Part shown: positions 1 through 13,889 of the stretch, in pieces
How positions within the stretch are numbered: the first letter of the stretch is position 1
Layout of the letters: every line of letters begins with the position of its first letter
Source: Octopus sinensis
Taxonomy: Eukaryota
DNA: 64,000 bases
Assembly: GCF_006345805.1 (NCBI RefSeq)
Contig: NC_043021.1
Coordinates: forward strand, 3,162,001-3,226,000
Reading direction: 5' to 3'
The notes under the pieces: generated by a model
What the model saw: only the letters and a program-made list of their open reading frames with translations
Told to the model about the DNA's origin: nothing
The model's database searches: none
Translations under genes and position numbers: made by a program

Positions 1-1813
1 TCCATCAGACAATGCTTAGATCTTTTACATCTTTCTCGAGGTCAGTTTCGCCTTTTAATCCTTTCAGGGTCAATGGTTGATCTAAGTAACTAGCCCCTTC
101 TCTTCAAAATTGCTGACCTTGTGTCAAAATTTGAAACAATCATCATCATCACCATTTATTTATTGTTATTTTATTATTATTATAATTATTGTTATTCATT
201 TTTATCATTATTATTATTATTATCATAAGGCAGTGAGCTGGCAGAATCGTTAGCACGCTGGACAAAATGCTTAGCAGTATTTTACCTGTCACTACATTCT
301 GAGTTCAAATTCTGCCAAGGCTGACTTTGCCTTTCATCCTTTCGGGGTCGATATATTAAGCACCAGTGAAACACTGGAGTTGATGTAATTCAGGCCTTGT
401 GCCTATAGTAGAAAGGATCATTATTATTATTATTATATTATTATTATTATTATTATTATTACTATTATTATTGCGGCAAGCTAGCAGAATCATTAACAAG
501 CCAGGCAAAAGGTTTTTTGGCATTTTGTCTATCTTTACAACCTGAGTTCAAATTTTGCCAAGTTCGACTCGGCCTTTCATCCTTTTGGGGGTCAGTAAAA
601 TAAGTTCCAGTTGAGCACTGGGGTCATTGTTATCAACTGGCGTCCTCCCCTAAAATTTCAGGCCTTGTGCCTACTGTAGAAAGGATTATTATTTAAGGTG
701 GCAAGCTGGCAGAATCTTTAGCGTGCTGGACGAAATGCTTAGCAGTATTTCACCCATCACTACATTCTGAGTTCAATTTCCGCCCAAGGTCGATTTGGTT
801 TTTGCTCTTTTGAGGTCAGTGAAATAAGTACCCGTTGAACACCTGTGGTCAAATTAATCCCCCACCACCACCACCAGAAATTTCAGGCTTTGTACCTATA
901 GTAAAAAGAATTATAATGAGTCATGGATTGACAGAAATGCTTTGCAATAATTTGTCCTGGCTCTTTACAATTTGAGCTCAAGCCCCACCTCCATCCAAAA
1001 CAATTTCTGATCTTGTGCCTATAGTTTAATATTATTATTATTATTATTTTTAAAAATCATTTCATTGTATGCCCCAAAACTTTGTATTGTTCCCCTCAGC
1101 CTTCACCCTGGTGGCAAATAAAATCATTGTTATTAATGTGGTGAGATGGCTGAACCATTAGCATGTTGGGTAAAATGCTAAACAGCATTTCTTCCAGTTC
1201 TGCTTGTTTTGAGTTCAAATCCCTCAGAGGTCAGTTTTGCTATATACATCCTTTTGAAGTGAATAAAATAAGTACCAGTTGCAGGGTGGGGTTGATGTAA
1301 TCGACTATCCACCTCATTCCCTAAACTTGTTTTCCTTGTCCCAAAATTAGAAAAAATCATTACTATTAAAAGGCAGTGAGCTGGCAAAATTGTTAGTCCA
1401 TCAGACAATGCTTAGATCTTTTACATCTTTCTCGAGGTCAGTTTCGCCTTTTAATCCTTTCAGGGTCAATGGTTGATCTAAGTAACTAGCCCCTTCTCTT
1501 CAAAATTGCTGACCTTGTGTCAAAATTTGAAACAATCATCATCATCACCATTTATTTATTGTTATTTTATTATTATTATAATTATTGTTATTCATTTTTA
1601 TCATTATTATTATTATTATCATAAGGCAGTGAGCTGGCAGAATCGTTAGCACGCTGGACAAAACGCTTAGCAGTATTTTACCTGTCACTATATTCTGAGT
1701 TCAAATTCTGCCATGGCTTACTTTGCCTTTCATCCTTTCGGGGTCGATATATTAAGCACCAGTGAAACACTGGAGTTGATGTAATTCAGGCCTTGTGCCT
1801 ATAGTAGAAAGGA

Positions 1814-1844
<31 letters not shown>

Positions 1845-2070
1845 GCCTCTAAGGTGACGAGCTGGCAGAATCGTTAGCACACTGGGTGAAATGCTTAGCA
1901 GTATTTCGTTTGCTGCTACATTCTGAGTTCAAATTCTGCCGAAGTCGATTTTGCCTTTCATCCTTTTGGGGTCAATAAAATAAGTACCAGCTGAACACTG
2001 GGGTTGATATAATCGACTTACCCCCCCACCTCTCCTCAAGCTGCCCTTGTGGCAAAATTTTGAAATAATA
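1..2070 (+). mobile_element. Head-to-tail cluster of about 7 degenerate SINE family B copies separated by (ATT)n
   Basis: Repeated GGCAGTGAGCTGGCAGAATCGTTAGCA...TTCTGAGTTCAAATT (B-box-like)...GCCTTTCATCCTTTCGGGGTCGATA-AATAAGTACCAG blocks starting near 230, 470, 705, 1140, 1372, 1626 and 1853. Confidence 0.85.
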
Positions 2071-3632
2071 ATAATAATAATAATAATTATTATTATTGCT
2101 TTTATTACATCTACTAATAGTGTGTGGTGAATAACAAAATCATTAGAATGTAAAATAAAATGTCTAAGACCTAGCTAGTATTGGCAATTTAAATTTGCTT
2201 TTGTAACAAATAAGATATATTTGAAGGTAACTTTTTAATTTCCTGGACCATGTCCTAATTTTTTTTTCTTCCCCCCTATCTAAATAAACCTCGTTGACTC
2301 AATCTAGTTTTCTTCTTCCTAGGCTGGTAAACAAAAACAACCAAGTCTCTGCTTACACGCAAGCTCACTTCTTCTATCTCTCAATACAGTTTCTGCTACT
2401 ATGTGCATACTCAATAATATAGTAGCATAGAATCGAGCTTTCAGCAGGAAAATATGTTGAAATAAAAGGGATATATTTGAGTCTGATCAACCCTTAAATT
2501 TCAGCTCCTGAAATGCAAACCATTTTAACAAATATGAATTAAATTGTTTGGTTATATCTTATTCAAATGCACGCACGCACACACACACACACACAATGTG
2601 TGTGCGTGTGTGTGGCAAAAAAGTCATGCATTTATTTATATTGAATAAATATTGATTTGAATTCCTCGCGAAAACATTATTCCTCTTATGTAATAGAAAT
2701 CTTGAAAACGTGTTCAATAATGTTGTTCTTGTTTGGCTAGAATTTGGAATGACAAAACTGTTGTTTCACGGGTAATGCTGAACTGTGATTTAAAAAGACT
2801 GTTGTGAAGATAGCTATGTGGCAAGTGCCTTTTTTTTTTTTTTAATACATTTTTTTTTCCCCTGGCTATATAGAGTTCAACTGAAGTTAAATTAAATTCA
2901 CCAGATGTTTACTTAAATCTCTCTTAAAAATTGCCTGCCCCCCTAAATAGAATTTAAATTATGGCTAAATGGGGTTTTTTCCTTCCGACACCCCTAACTT
3001 CAGTTAGTGAATTAAAACAGTGAAATATTTAATAACAATGCAATAATAACAACAACAATTGTTAGAAAGAACCTTTGGTTGACAATGTGTGTGTGTGTGC
3101 GTGTGTGCACGTTAGCTCTGTTTAGAAGCAGCCAAACTGATTGGCCTCAATGTATTGATTTTGTTCTGTTCATTCACGTCTCCTCTTCTTTGATTCTGTC
3201 TTACAATCCTCAGGTGTGCTCACAAACTTTTCACTAAGTAGTAGTAGTAATAGTAATAATATTGCAGTTGCTTAGTAGCAGAAAGTAAACTAATTAAAAA
3301 CATTGTTCTAGTTTGCTCCAGAACTAGTAGTAGCAAGCAGTCTGTGGTTTTGTTTTTCATTTTTGTGGATTTCTTTTTTGTATTATATTTTTGCATTTAC
3401 TTCTTTTTTTAAATATATTTTTGCCGTCTTGATGTAATTTTATGTTTTTAATTTATTTAATTTAATTTCAAAGTATATAAAACATAAAGATGTAATAATG
3501 ATGGCTATTATAATATGTACATAGCTATAACTTTTGTGGTCATTTCTGAATGACTGCTTAGTTCTTGAATGTAGATTTAAAAGGAAAAAAGCTGTCTGTT
3601 ATTAAAGCAGATTAGTAGGTGGATTAATAGCA

Positions 3633-3679
<47 letters not shown>

Positions 3680-5653
3680 ATGCGTGCATGCATGCTTGTT
3701 TTCTAGCTACATCATATCAGAACTGTTCTCTCTCACTCTACACGCAATCTCTTTTGTGTGGTGGATGGATTCAGTCACCAGTGTAGCTACATAGTGAGTG
3801 AAGTATTAATTTACACTCACATACCTACTGCAGTGATTAGTCTCACTCGATAAAACCCTAGATACTACACTTAAATAAATTAAGGTGATTATAATACTGT
3901 TAATTATATGAAAATAATAATAATAATAGTCTGTAAAGGGCTGTTTTTTTTTTTTGGTTCCACCCCCTCACCCGTCTCCTTTCCACATTTTTGTAAAAGC
4001 TGTGAAGGTAGAAGAAAGCAATTCTTTATCCAAGTGACCTGACTGGTCTCAGCTTGTTGATCCAACCTTTGTTTGAACTATGGAAGTGCAGAAGGGCTGA
4101 GTTCAAAAATAGAGAGAAAACTGGCTTCACATTGAAATGTGGACTCTGGAATGGAGGTGGCTGATTTATTTGGAAGTAGGATATACCTCACATGCACACA
4201 CACCACTAATATATTCCAAATGCTAACAGATGCTTCATGCTTAACTATTCCTCTAGCAACATGTTTATGAATTCAAAATATTTACAGTAATAAAAATAAA
4301 ATTTATTTATTGTAAACATTCCGGTTTTAAACACTAAAGATAGGTTATGTGAAGAAATTGTTGGTTATGCTCATGTATAGTTAGTAGTAAAGATTCTCTC
4401 TCTCTCTCTCTCTCAATAATTTTTCCTGGGTGTCTTTTTATCTAAATACAAATATAGTATAGGACCCTTTCTCCACCCATCTTAAGCTATATATATAAAT
4501 GGATGGTAGCCCTTCATGATTTTTTAAACTAATCTTTCTAAATACAATTAATATACAAACTTCTAAATATTACTTGCTTCTACAGAGAAATTGTTTTGTA
4601 AAAATCCATTAATAATTAAAGCTGTTTCTCCTGTGTGTGTGTGTGTTGTTTAGAGAACAGTAGTCTTTCACACTGCACACACCTAACCTTAACAACCACT
4701 TGGTTGTCCTGTGAGTTGTACTTAAAATTTTACTCCACCACTCCAATTTAACTATCAACAAAAATACAGGGTGTCACAGAATTTCGTGGTTGAAAACCCT
4801 GTCTTAGATTATAAGATTCTTTTTATAGATTACTGATATTATTATAAAATTGTGAAATATACCCTGTATAGAAAAAAAAGGGGACCAAAAAAAAAAAAAA
4901 AATTGACTTGAGCTTCAGTTTATATGTTGATAAATAACGTAGGTATCTAACGTCTCCTTTCAAAACTGAAGAAGTTGCAAGACGTGGAAATAGCACCAGG
5001 TTTTCAATAGAGAATGTAGTTTCTTAGATAAAGCATTAACCATAGAAATAGTGTGCAGTCTTGCTTGGTTTGATTGGTTGAGAGCATTGCGTCAGGGATT
5101 TTAATGGAATCACTGATCTAATATTGATCTATTCTGTGAAAGATAAGGAATGAATGTTTTCCACTGAAATGAGAACTGTTGTGATATCTGAGCTGAGATT
5201 AAGGGCAATGGTTTCACAGATTGTTATTGTCAGGAAGGCTGCTGTAGGTAAGTGCAATTTGGAAATAGGAAGAGCGTAATATTGGTCTGCCATCGTGTGA
5301 ATTATAATTTTCAATACAAGAGCTGCTGATGTAATCAAAAGATTCTGATCTTCATGCATCCTTGGTGGAAGTTAAAGTAATATAGATTAGAAATTAGAAA
5401 TTGTATTGAAATGGTTGTGTATGTTGTAAGCCTGCCAGCGAAAGTAAATTGTCTTCTATGTGTATCCATGTGTTCAGCATACATATATGTATTAATGTAC
5501 AAATATGGGCCGGGGGGGGGGAGAAAATTTTGGGTGTCTAAACAAAAACCATTTTAGTAGTTTTATATGAATTTAAAATAATCTTGTTCCAGCACTTGTT
5601 CTGATATAAAAAAAAATTGAACACTTTTTCTAAAACATATTGAAGTTTCTTAA

Positions 5654-5874
5654 CCCTTTCGTTACCAGCCCGGCCAAAACCGGCTCTGGCTCTGTAGTAC
5701 AAATGTCTTGTTTTCATTAGTTTTGCATTAAAATATACCACCAAAGCTTAGTCGCAATTTATGTTCCTAACACTCGCTGAATGATAACTAAGTTATTTTA
5801 CTAAATTCTTTGTTATATTTAAAATAATAGAAAGAAACACAGAACATCTCAAAATAAATACAGTAACGAAAGGG
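5654..5874. mobile_element. piggyBac-type MITE, family C
   Basis: TIR CCCTTTCGTTAC...GTAACGAAAGGG with TTAA on both sides (5650-53, 5875-78). Confidence 0.85.
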
Positions 5875-6234
5875 TTAAACTCTGAGAGAAAGTCACAGAT
5901 TCTTCATAAAGAACTTGTGATAATGGTTATTAAGTTATCCAGAACTTTACTGTTCTTACTTGAATATGCCTTTTATTAATTAGTGAGTTAGTGTTTGTAG
6001 CTCAAATTAAAAGGGGGGAAAATGGGATGATTTGTTAACAACTTATCTTGAACATAAATTTGGATAGAATTGTATAAGTTGTATTTGGTGGTTGTTGGTA
6101 TTTTGTGGCAGATGTGTATACTGTAGGAATCACCAAGCTTTGTTTTGTAATCATCTTTTGCATTTTATTTCCTAAGCAGTGGGGTGAGATTAGGGTTGAT
6201 GATTTCTCTAGATCCTTTCAAATTATAAAGATTG

Positions 6235-6615
6235 CAGACTGGCAGGATTGTTAGCAAGTCAGATAAAAAGGCTTCCCAGCATTTCTTCCTGCTTCTTATG
6301 TTCTGAATTCAATTACCATCAAGATCAACTTTGCCTTAAGTACTGGGGTCAGTGTCATTGACTCCCCATTCCTTTTAGAATTGAAACAATTATTAAGGCA
6401 GTGAGCCAGCAGAATCATTAGCACTCGGGTCAAAACACTTAACTGCATTTCTTCTGTCTTCGTGTTCTGAGTTCAAATTCCACCGAAGCCAACTTTGCTT
6501 TTCATTCTCTTGGGGTTAGTAAAATAAGAAGCAGCTGAGCACTGGGGGTCAGTATAATCAACTACTCCCCTCTCCCCAAATTTCAGGCCTTGTCCCTACA
6601 GTAGAAAGGATTATT
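6235..6615 (+). mobile_element. Two tandem SINE family B copies (degenerate)
   Basis: TGGCAGGATTGTTAGCAAG... and GGCAGTGAGCCAGCAGAATCATTAGCAC...TTCTGAGTTCAAATTCC similar to other B copies. Confidence 0.75.
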
Positions 6616-8221
6616 ATTGTTGCTATTGTGGTGGTGAGGTGGCAGAATTGTTAGCACACCAGACACGGTCGTCTTTCATCTTCAAAAATGCTGGCACTGT
6701 GTCATAAGCAGAAAGAATTGTTGTTGCTCAGGTTTTAATGTTGGTCAAAATAACAGTAACTTACTCTTTATTTCCCTAATATTGTGAGTGTTCATAACTC
6801 AGAGATCTTTCATTCTATGGCAATATATGGTCATGTATTTTTCCAAGTATAAAAGATCTCCATATTAGTGTATTGGTTAAGTTAAAGTTAAGCTCTTAAG
6901 TTTTCTGGCTAAATAAAATTGTAAATGTCTTTTTCTTTTAAACAGTGCACTTGAATTGCTGTCATTATATTTGGATTTTTCTAGTTATTTTTAAGTTCTC
7001 TTGATGTTCGGTTGAATCCATTAAAATTATAATTTTGCATCTACTTTCTATGCTGGCATGGGATGGATGGTCAGAAGACTATTTCTTAAATTAGTATCTC
7101 AGTTTTTGCTTGTGTTTCTACAGAGGGTACTAGGTTTTTTAGGGGTTTTTTTTTTTACATGGTGCCAACACTATAGAAGTTATCCTGACTTCAGCAAAAC
7201 CAAAGAGTAGTCCTCTCAGTGAATAAGTTACTGTTAATTTATTCCCAGTGTGTCTTGGAGGGTCATTATGCCAATAATAAACACATGCGGATTCTGTTTC
7301 ACTTCTTTATTATTTATTTGTCTATTGCTTAACTATTCAACTAATTAACTGTTTGATTAATCGTTTGGTCAATCAATTAATCAGGTTTATGAAAGTGCTT
7401 TTGACGGCGTTCATGACCTCATCAATGACATACTCTTGCTACTTCAGATCTGTTTACACGGTAATGAAGGACTTTGACAAATGAATAAATAAAACAGAGC
7501 CTGTACATGTGGTTCTTATTTGGATACTGATCCTCCTGGGATACAACAGAATGTTTCACCACATGAGTTCATGTCAAGAATCTTGCAAACCAAATACAAA
7601 GACAAAATATTATAAATCTATATTTGGTCTAGTCTCTTTCTTTATATAGGTGTCCCCTCACTTGGGTTCTGGCTCATTTTACTTCATGCATTCTTTTCCA
7701 TAGAAGCTGAAATCTTTACAGCTTAGTCTAGGGAAGAACGATGTTCAGGATCTTTTGCAGGATCGTGGGGGTTGGGTGGGGAAGACTTAAGGCTGGAGAC
7801 CTGTTCTGAATGTTACCAACAGATTGGACTCTCTTAAAAGCAACAAAGGTCCACGTGGTGATGTTATACAGGATGACCAACTAAGTTTACCTCTCCGTCT
7901 TCCACTGCACAATTTCTAACTAATGCCATGGTAGAATATAGTTGACCAGACTGTCCACCAAAAGTATTGAGTCTGGGCCTAACTTAATGATATGTCCAAG
8001 CAGAGTATTCAATTATTATTGTCTTAGTTCATCATCATTTCATCCACTTTGCCTTGCATGAGTTTGATGGAGTTTATTGAGGCAGATTCTCTACATCTGG
8101 ATGTCCTTCTTGTTTCTAAATTATGTAATATTTTCCCATTGCTAGACCTTTTTTTTTCTACAGAAGACTCCGAAACAATAATGCTCATTTACAACCATCA
8201 GGTGACATCTAGGCAAGGGTA

Positions 8222-8412
8222 CACACACACTCACATTCATACATATATACATGCAAGCACACAACAGCAGGCTTCTTTTAGTGTCTGTATACCACATCTA
8301 CTCAAAGCTTTGCTCATCCCCATAGCTATAATAGAAGACACTTGCCCAAGGTGCCACACAGTGGAACTGAACTTAAGACCACATCGTTGGGAAGCCAGCT
8401 TCTTAACCACAT
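8222..8412 (-). mobile_element. Degenerate SINE family A 5' half
   Basis: AGAAGACACTTGCCCAAGGTGCCACACAGTGGAACTGAAC is the reverse complement of the family A head and central domain. Confidence 0.7.
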
Positions 8413-8874
8413 GCATTTCATTGTTATATTTATTATTGAAAACCCATTGCTCAAGCCTACATATTGCATATTTTTGCTTTTGGGTGAGATGATGTTCCTT
8501 GAGTTTTGTTTTTATTTAGAAATTGTTGATGTTACTATTACTACTACTACTACTACTACATTTCATCATCATTGTGAACAAATGTCAATCTTATTTTAAT
8601 GTAGTTTTACCCACTCTGTAATCTCCCCTCTTCTATCTAGCAGTTGTTTACATAGCAGGATCTGTTATTGGTCTTGTCAATTTGTGTCTTTGTTTTAAAA
8701 AATGTCTTTAACTCCGGAACTGTAGCCTTAAACTTAACTTAATCCAGATTTGGGAACATTTAGTTCTGCTGAAACCTAATGAACAGCTGGAGGGTTAAGG
8801 TAAATGAGTCATACCTTGATTAGTATTCTTCTCTTGAAAGAAACTGACTTACACTACAAATAAATAAATATATA

Positions 8875-8916
<42 letters not shown>

Positions 8917-9391
8917 ATAAATAAACAAGTTTACTTGTTTGAAATATAATTTCTAATAACGACACACTCATTCACCTCAAGAGGTATTTTACTAATTTTG
9001 TATGTTATAAATGTTTAACAAAACTAAACAATATAAAGAAAGACCGTTTAGTATTGTTACAGGCTTGCTGTATAATCATCATTGTATATCTATCTTCCTC
9101 GTGCTCCTGTTATTGTTAATCACCATATATTTAAATATTTACTTGAAGAACCAAATTTTTTCTATTCACTATTCTGTGAAGGTTGTGCTTCAATCTAGAT
9201 GATGATGGTGGTGATGATTTTTAACCTTGATGGCTGTGAACTGTGATAAAAAGGAAATGTGTGAATGCATCTGATAACCTAAGGGGATTGTTAGAAGAGT
9301 TAGTGTTTAGCTTAAGTTTTTGCTGTTCTATTGATGGTGTATGATACTCATCTTATTGGTGATCTGATGCTGGTTATCTCAGGTAGCTTAA

Positions 9392-9640
9392 CCCTTTTGT
9401 TACTGTATTTATTTTGAGATGCTCTCATTACCATATTTATTCTGAGATGCTCTATGTTTCTTTCAATTAATTTTAAATATAACAAAGAATTTAGTAAAAT
9501 AACTTAGTTATCATTCAGTTAGTGTTAGGAACATAAATTGTGACTAAGGTTTGGTGGAAGATTTTAATTCAAAACTTATGAAAACGAGACATTTGTACTC
9601 AGAGCCAGAGCCGGTTTCAGCCGGGTTGGTAATGAAAGGG
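9392..9640. mobile_element. piggyBac-type MITE, family C (opposite orientation to 5654 copy; short internal duplication near left end)
   Basis: TTAA-CCCTTTTGTTAC...GTAATGAAAGGG-TTAA; body is the reverse complement of 5654-5874. Confidence 0.85.
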
Positions 9641-10760
9641 TTAAGACAATCTGGTGCCAATCTCCTAACAGTTCAGTGGATTGTTGTATGTTGCAATGAA
9701 TATGAGAAGTAAAGAGCAATGAGCTTTCAGTTTGAGGTGTTGGGCTCCATTGGTGGCACAAGTTGGAACCTTGCTATAATCGTTGCATCATGCCTCTAGA
9801 CAAGCTGCAGCATCATTGTTTAACATCTGTTTTCTATGCTGGTATGGGTTGGATGGATTGATAGCAGCTGGCAAACTGGAGGACTGCACATAACTCCTAT
9901 GCTCGCTTTGGCATTCAGATTTCTATGGCTGGATCCCCTTCCTAATGCCAACCATTCCACAGATTGTGCTGGGTGTTTTATACACAGAATCAACACAAGT
10001 GTGGTCACAAAGTAGGGTGTAGTATTGAGTGGGGTGATTTTTTTTTTTCAAATGAGGAGAGGTTAAAGTATGACAGAGGGGCAGGAACAAGTGTCTTGCA
10101 GTAGAGGAAAAACATAGGTACCCCAGTTGGAAATATCTGTTTAAATGGTTTTGACTAACAGATGGGTAATGGTAGAATATTCAGCTGTAAAAACAAAACT
10201 GCTGATCTGCAGTGCAAAGACTAGCCAAAAGCACAACCCAATAACAAATTAGTGGCTGCACTTAGTCCATATTGAGTTCATATGATCATCATTGCTTGCA
10301 TCTTTTTAATTTTCAAAATGTTAATAATACACCTGAACTCAATATTCCACCAGTTCAGTGTGATAATGTATGCACTTTATTTTGGTTACTGGAGCTGTTC
10401 AGAATGTACAATATTAAGATGTATCGTTAATCATTTCAGTGTCTGAATTCCACTTAGAGTAGGAAGCTACATTGATTAGGAAGCACACAGACTCTTACTT
10501 CTAGTACTGAATTAATACAAAGATAGTGTGTGTGATGTTAGGAAGAGAAAAAAAGCACTTCTTTGAAATTGTAATAGTTTAGATATAGCAAATGTCTGAA
10601 CTACACAAGCATGCTTATGAATCCAAATGATTAGTTGTGATTAACTCTAGTTCCTGCAATGTCTTTTAGATTGGAAGACTATAGAATTGCAGAAACATCT
10701 ATTGCAACCACTCTTATTTATGAAAACTGTGACAATCCTGTTTAACTCGATCATATAAAG

Positions 10761-10980
10761 CAGTGCTTTTCAACCTTTTTGCAGGAGCGGAACCCCAAGG
10801 AAACATTCCACTGGCTCGAGGAACCCCTGTGCAATAATTTAATAGTCTTATGCACACATATCTGCACGGGAGAATTAAAAATTACTGCCTATTTTAGCAG
10901 TTTTGTAACTTCTTGTGGGAATCCCTGGACTGTACTGGCAGAACCCTAAGGTTCCGCGGAACCCTGGTTGAAAACCACTG
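10761..10980. mobile_element. hAT-type MITE with perfect 8-bp TSD
   Basis: TIR CAGTGCTTTTCAACC / GGTTGAAAACCACTG; ATATAAAG at 10753-60 and 10981-88. Confidence 0.9.
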
Positions 10981-11189
10981 ATATAAAGACATTGATCTAT
11001 AATTTTGGTGATATTTTCAACCTGTGAGTTTCCTTAACTGCTTGCCTGTGGGAGGTTGAAGGAGTTATTTTGCAGCTAAGTAGCTGTCCAGTGAAGTTCA
11101 GAAATGCACCTTATTTCAGTACAAGGTATTTCAGTCAGTCATTCAACACTTGGACTTTGAACTTCTGCACACAAATGTTTCACATTACA

Positions 11190-11520
11190 CACAAAATGAC
11201 TGTGTGGTAAGAGGTTTGCTTCCCAACCACATAGTTTCAAGTTCAGTCCCACTACGTGGCACTTTGGACATGTCTTCTTCTATAGCACCAGGCTGACCAA
11301 AGCCTTGTGAGTGGATTTGGTAGACAGAAACTGAAAGAAGCCTTTCATATATATATATATACATGTCTTTGCATAATAGTTGTAAGCTTGTGTCACCATT
11401 CCAATCTTTTGTGGAAACCTGTCTGGTCAATTGGAAATATTTCACTTGGAAGCAGGTAAGGGTTGACAACAGAAGAGGCAACCAGTTACATAAAAATCCA
11501 CCTCACCAAATTCTGTCAGG
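11190..11520 (+). mobile_element. SINE with family A head and a different 3' half
   Basis: TGTGTGGTAAGAGGTTTGCTTCCCAACCAC...GTTCAGTCCCACT...GTGAGTGGATTTGGTAGAC, then (TA)n, then a tail unlike other A copies. Confidence 0.65.
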
Positions 11521-11794
11521 CACATTTGAGCACGATAATTATTATATGGTAAGGATAAAGTGTTTGCTCAAAAATGTTTCTGGTGAATCCACCATAGCAA
11601 CATAAAGTAACCTTGTTATGTGTGCAAGATAAGCATAGATAGCTTTAAAAAAAATGGGCCTTTCTGACTTATTAAATGACCACGGGGCACACATTGATGC
11701 TACTATTTAGATAAGTAGCAGAATTAATAAATATATCTTTGATAGTTGGGGAATTTAGCAAACTATAATTGAAAATTGAAGCAAATAATTTTAA

Positions 11795-12013
11795 ACATTT
11801 AGCATTGAGATTTCTTTGTCAAATATAATGCTTATTATTCACATTGTTTTGAATTATTTATGCATTACCTTGTAGCTTCAAGATATTGCTGATGTGTTTG
11901 TATATTTTTAGAATGACATTGTAGGGGAGGTGTGAGAGGTTGGATCTGGTCAGTTTTAGCATAAAATACATAGAATATTAGGGTCAGTTTTGGCTGGTTT
12001 AAATGCTAAAGGG
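11795..12013. mobile_element. piggyBac-type MITE, family D
   Basis: TTAA at 11791-94, degenerate left TIR, right end AATGCTAAAGGG-TTAA (12014-17); body similar to 27159, 27918 and 58253 copies. Confidence 0.75.
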
Positions 12014-12017
12014 TTAA

Positions 12018-12234
12018 CCCTTTCGTTACCGTATTTCTGTTGAGATGCTCTGTGTTTCTTTCAATTATTTTAAGTATAACAAAGAATTTAGTAAAATAAC
12101 TTACTAAATAACTACAGCTAGTGTTAGGAACATAAATTGTGACTAAGGTTTGGTGGAAGATTTTAATTCAAAATTTATGAAAGCAAGACATTTGTACTCC
12201 AGAGCCGGTTTCAGCCGGGTTGGTAACGAAAGGG
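12018..12234. mobile_element. piggyBac-type MITE, family C
   Basis: TTAA-CCCTTTCGTTACC...GGTAACGAAAGGG-TTAA. Confidence 0.9.
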
Positions 12235-12747
12235 TTAAAGAACCCAATGTGATGAGCCACCCCTACTGTATTCAAAAGTATTGGTGCTCTCCACACAGCT
12301 ATCTATGTCTGTGGATTACCTCCAGGCATGAAATTTCTTAATAATGAAATATGAAGCAGCCTGAGATGATATATGCAAAAAGTTTACTCTGCCCTAGATA
12401 TTGAGTTCTTTTTGGTTTGTCAGTAAGAGTAGTTTGTAAGTAGAAAACAGTCAATACTGTCTAATTCAGTGGTTCTCAACCAGGATCCATGTAGCCCCTT
12501 AGGGGCCATATAAGATTTTTAGGGGTCCATGCAACAAAAGTTGGAGTTTAATGCATAAAAAGGTTTTTACATAAAATTATGATGGGCAGTTTAAATGTGA
12601 GCAGTTTTGTATCAGAACCAAACACGTTGCTATCAGAAGGACTAATGTTATATTTAGTCCATAAATACTATTATCAAGATCCCAGTACTTATCTCTACTA
12701 CTGTGGTACTAAGCAGATGGTATTATGCTGATGCGAGTATTATACAA

Positions 12748-12968
12748 GGTGGCGAGCTGGCAGAATTGTTAGCACGCCGGGCGAAATGCTTAGCAGTATT
12801 TCGTCTGCCGTTACGTTCTGAGTTCAAATTCCGCCGAGGTCGACTTTGCCTTTCATCCTTTTAGGGTCGATTAAGTAAGTACCAGTTACACACTGGGGTC
12901 GATATAATCGACTTAATCCGTTTGTTTGTCCTCTCTGTGTTTAGCCCCTTGTGGGTAGTAAAGAAATG
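12748..12968 (+). mobile_element. Near-consensus SINE family B copy
   Basis: GGTGGCGAGCTGGCAGAATTGTTAGCACGCCGGGCGAAATGCTTAGC...CCCTTGTGGGTAGTAAAGAAAT; GGTATTATGCTG direct repeat at 12719-30 and 12969-80. Confidence 0.85.
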
Positions 12969-13423
12969 GGTATTATGCTGCTGCATCTGTACAGAAGTCT
13001 ATCATAAACAATTCACAGATGGTGTCTCTGTCCTCAACAGATAGATGAGCTAAGACATACAGAAGTACTGTATGGACATAGACCTATGACCTGTTGTTGA
13101 AAACCACTAAAACATTGCTTCTACCATAATGCAGGGGGAGTTGTTTGAGGTACACTTCTGGTGAGACAGCTGCAAGAAAATTGCTTGATAAAGAACAAAA
13201 TTCTAGTTTATATTCATTGACTCAATGAGGCTCTTGTCAGAGTTGTTCAACCCAACATTTATTGATAAGTAAGCTAAACATTTATGATGTTTAGGATTTG
13301 AAAGCCCTTGTGGACCATCTGTACACCAATGACTTGAGACTCATTGCAGAATCTCTCAAAAGTTTATAGACCCGAATGAATAAACTCTCTTCAAAAGGCC
13401 AGAAAGTGAACAAAACAAATATT

Positions 13424-13538
13424 GGTTTGGAATCTTTTGGCACAAGGCCAGCAATATCAGAGTAGGAGGATATTCAGTTATATCAAGTTCAGTGCACAAC
13501 TGGTACTTATTTTAGCAAACCTAAAAGGATGAAAAGTC
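13424..13538 (-). mobile_element. 5'-truncated SINE family B fragment with 20-bp TSD
   Basis: AAGTGAAyAAAACAAATATT at 13404-23 and 13539-58; insert contains CTGGTACTTATTT...AAAAGGATGAAA (reverse complement of the B central domain). Confidence 0.7.
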
Positions 13539-13889
13539 AAGTGAATAAAACAAATATTAAGGTACATAGATATGAGTGGTGTTCAAAAGGCTGTTTGCAG
13601 AAAGACCTTACTGAATGTCTTGTAGAAACATAGGTGAGAATTATTTTAATTAACTTGCAATACTGATATTCTTGGTTGGGTCCCAAATGTGACAACTAAT
13701 ACTCTCCTGCTCCCCAAAACCATTAACCTTCATATTTAAAACTGTTAAGACAACAGGGGAACTATTCTGTTGCATAAGTGGTAATGAATATATTTTGAGA
13801 AGAGTTAATGAATTGGATTATGATTACTTTTTACTAACGAGTATTTGATTTGTTCTACCTTGAAAATTATTTTGTCTTTTGCTGCGACT

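Noticed and set aside
2000-13800. Promoter or further upstream exons (AG candidates near 3213 and 7123)
   Set aside because: No CpG-rich island or convincing paired splice sites; motif matches are at chance level.
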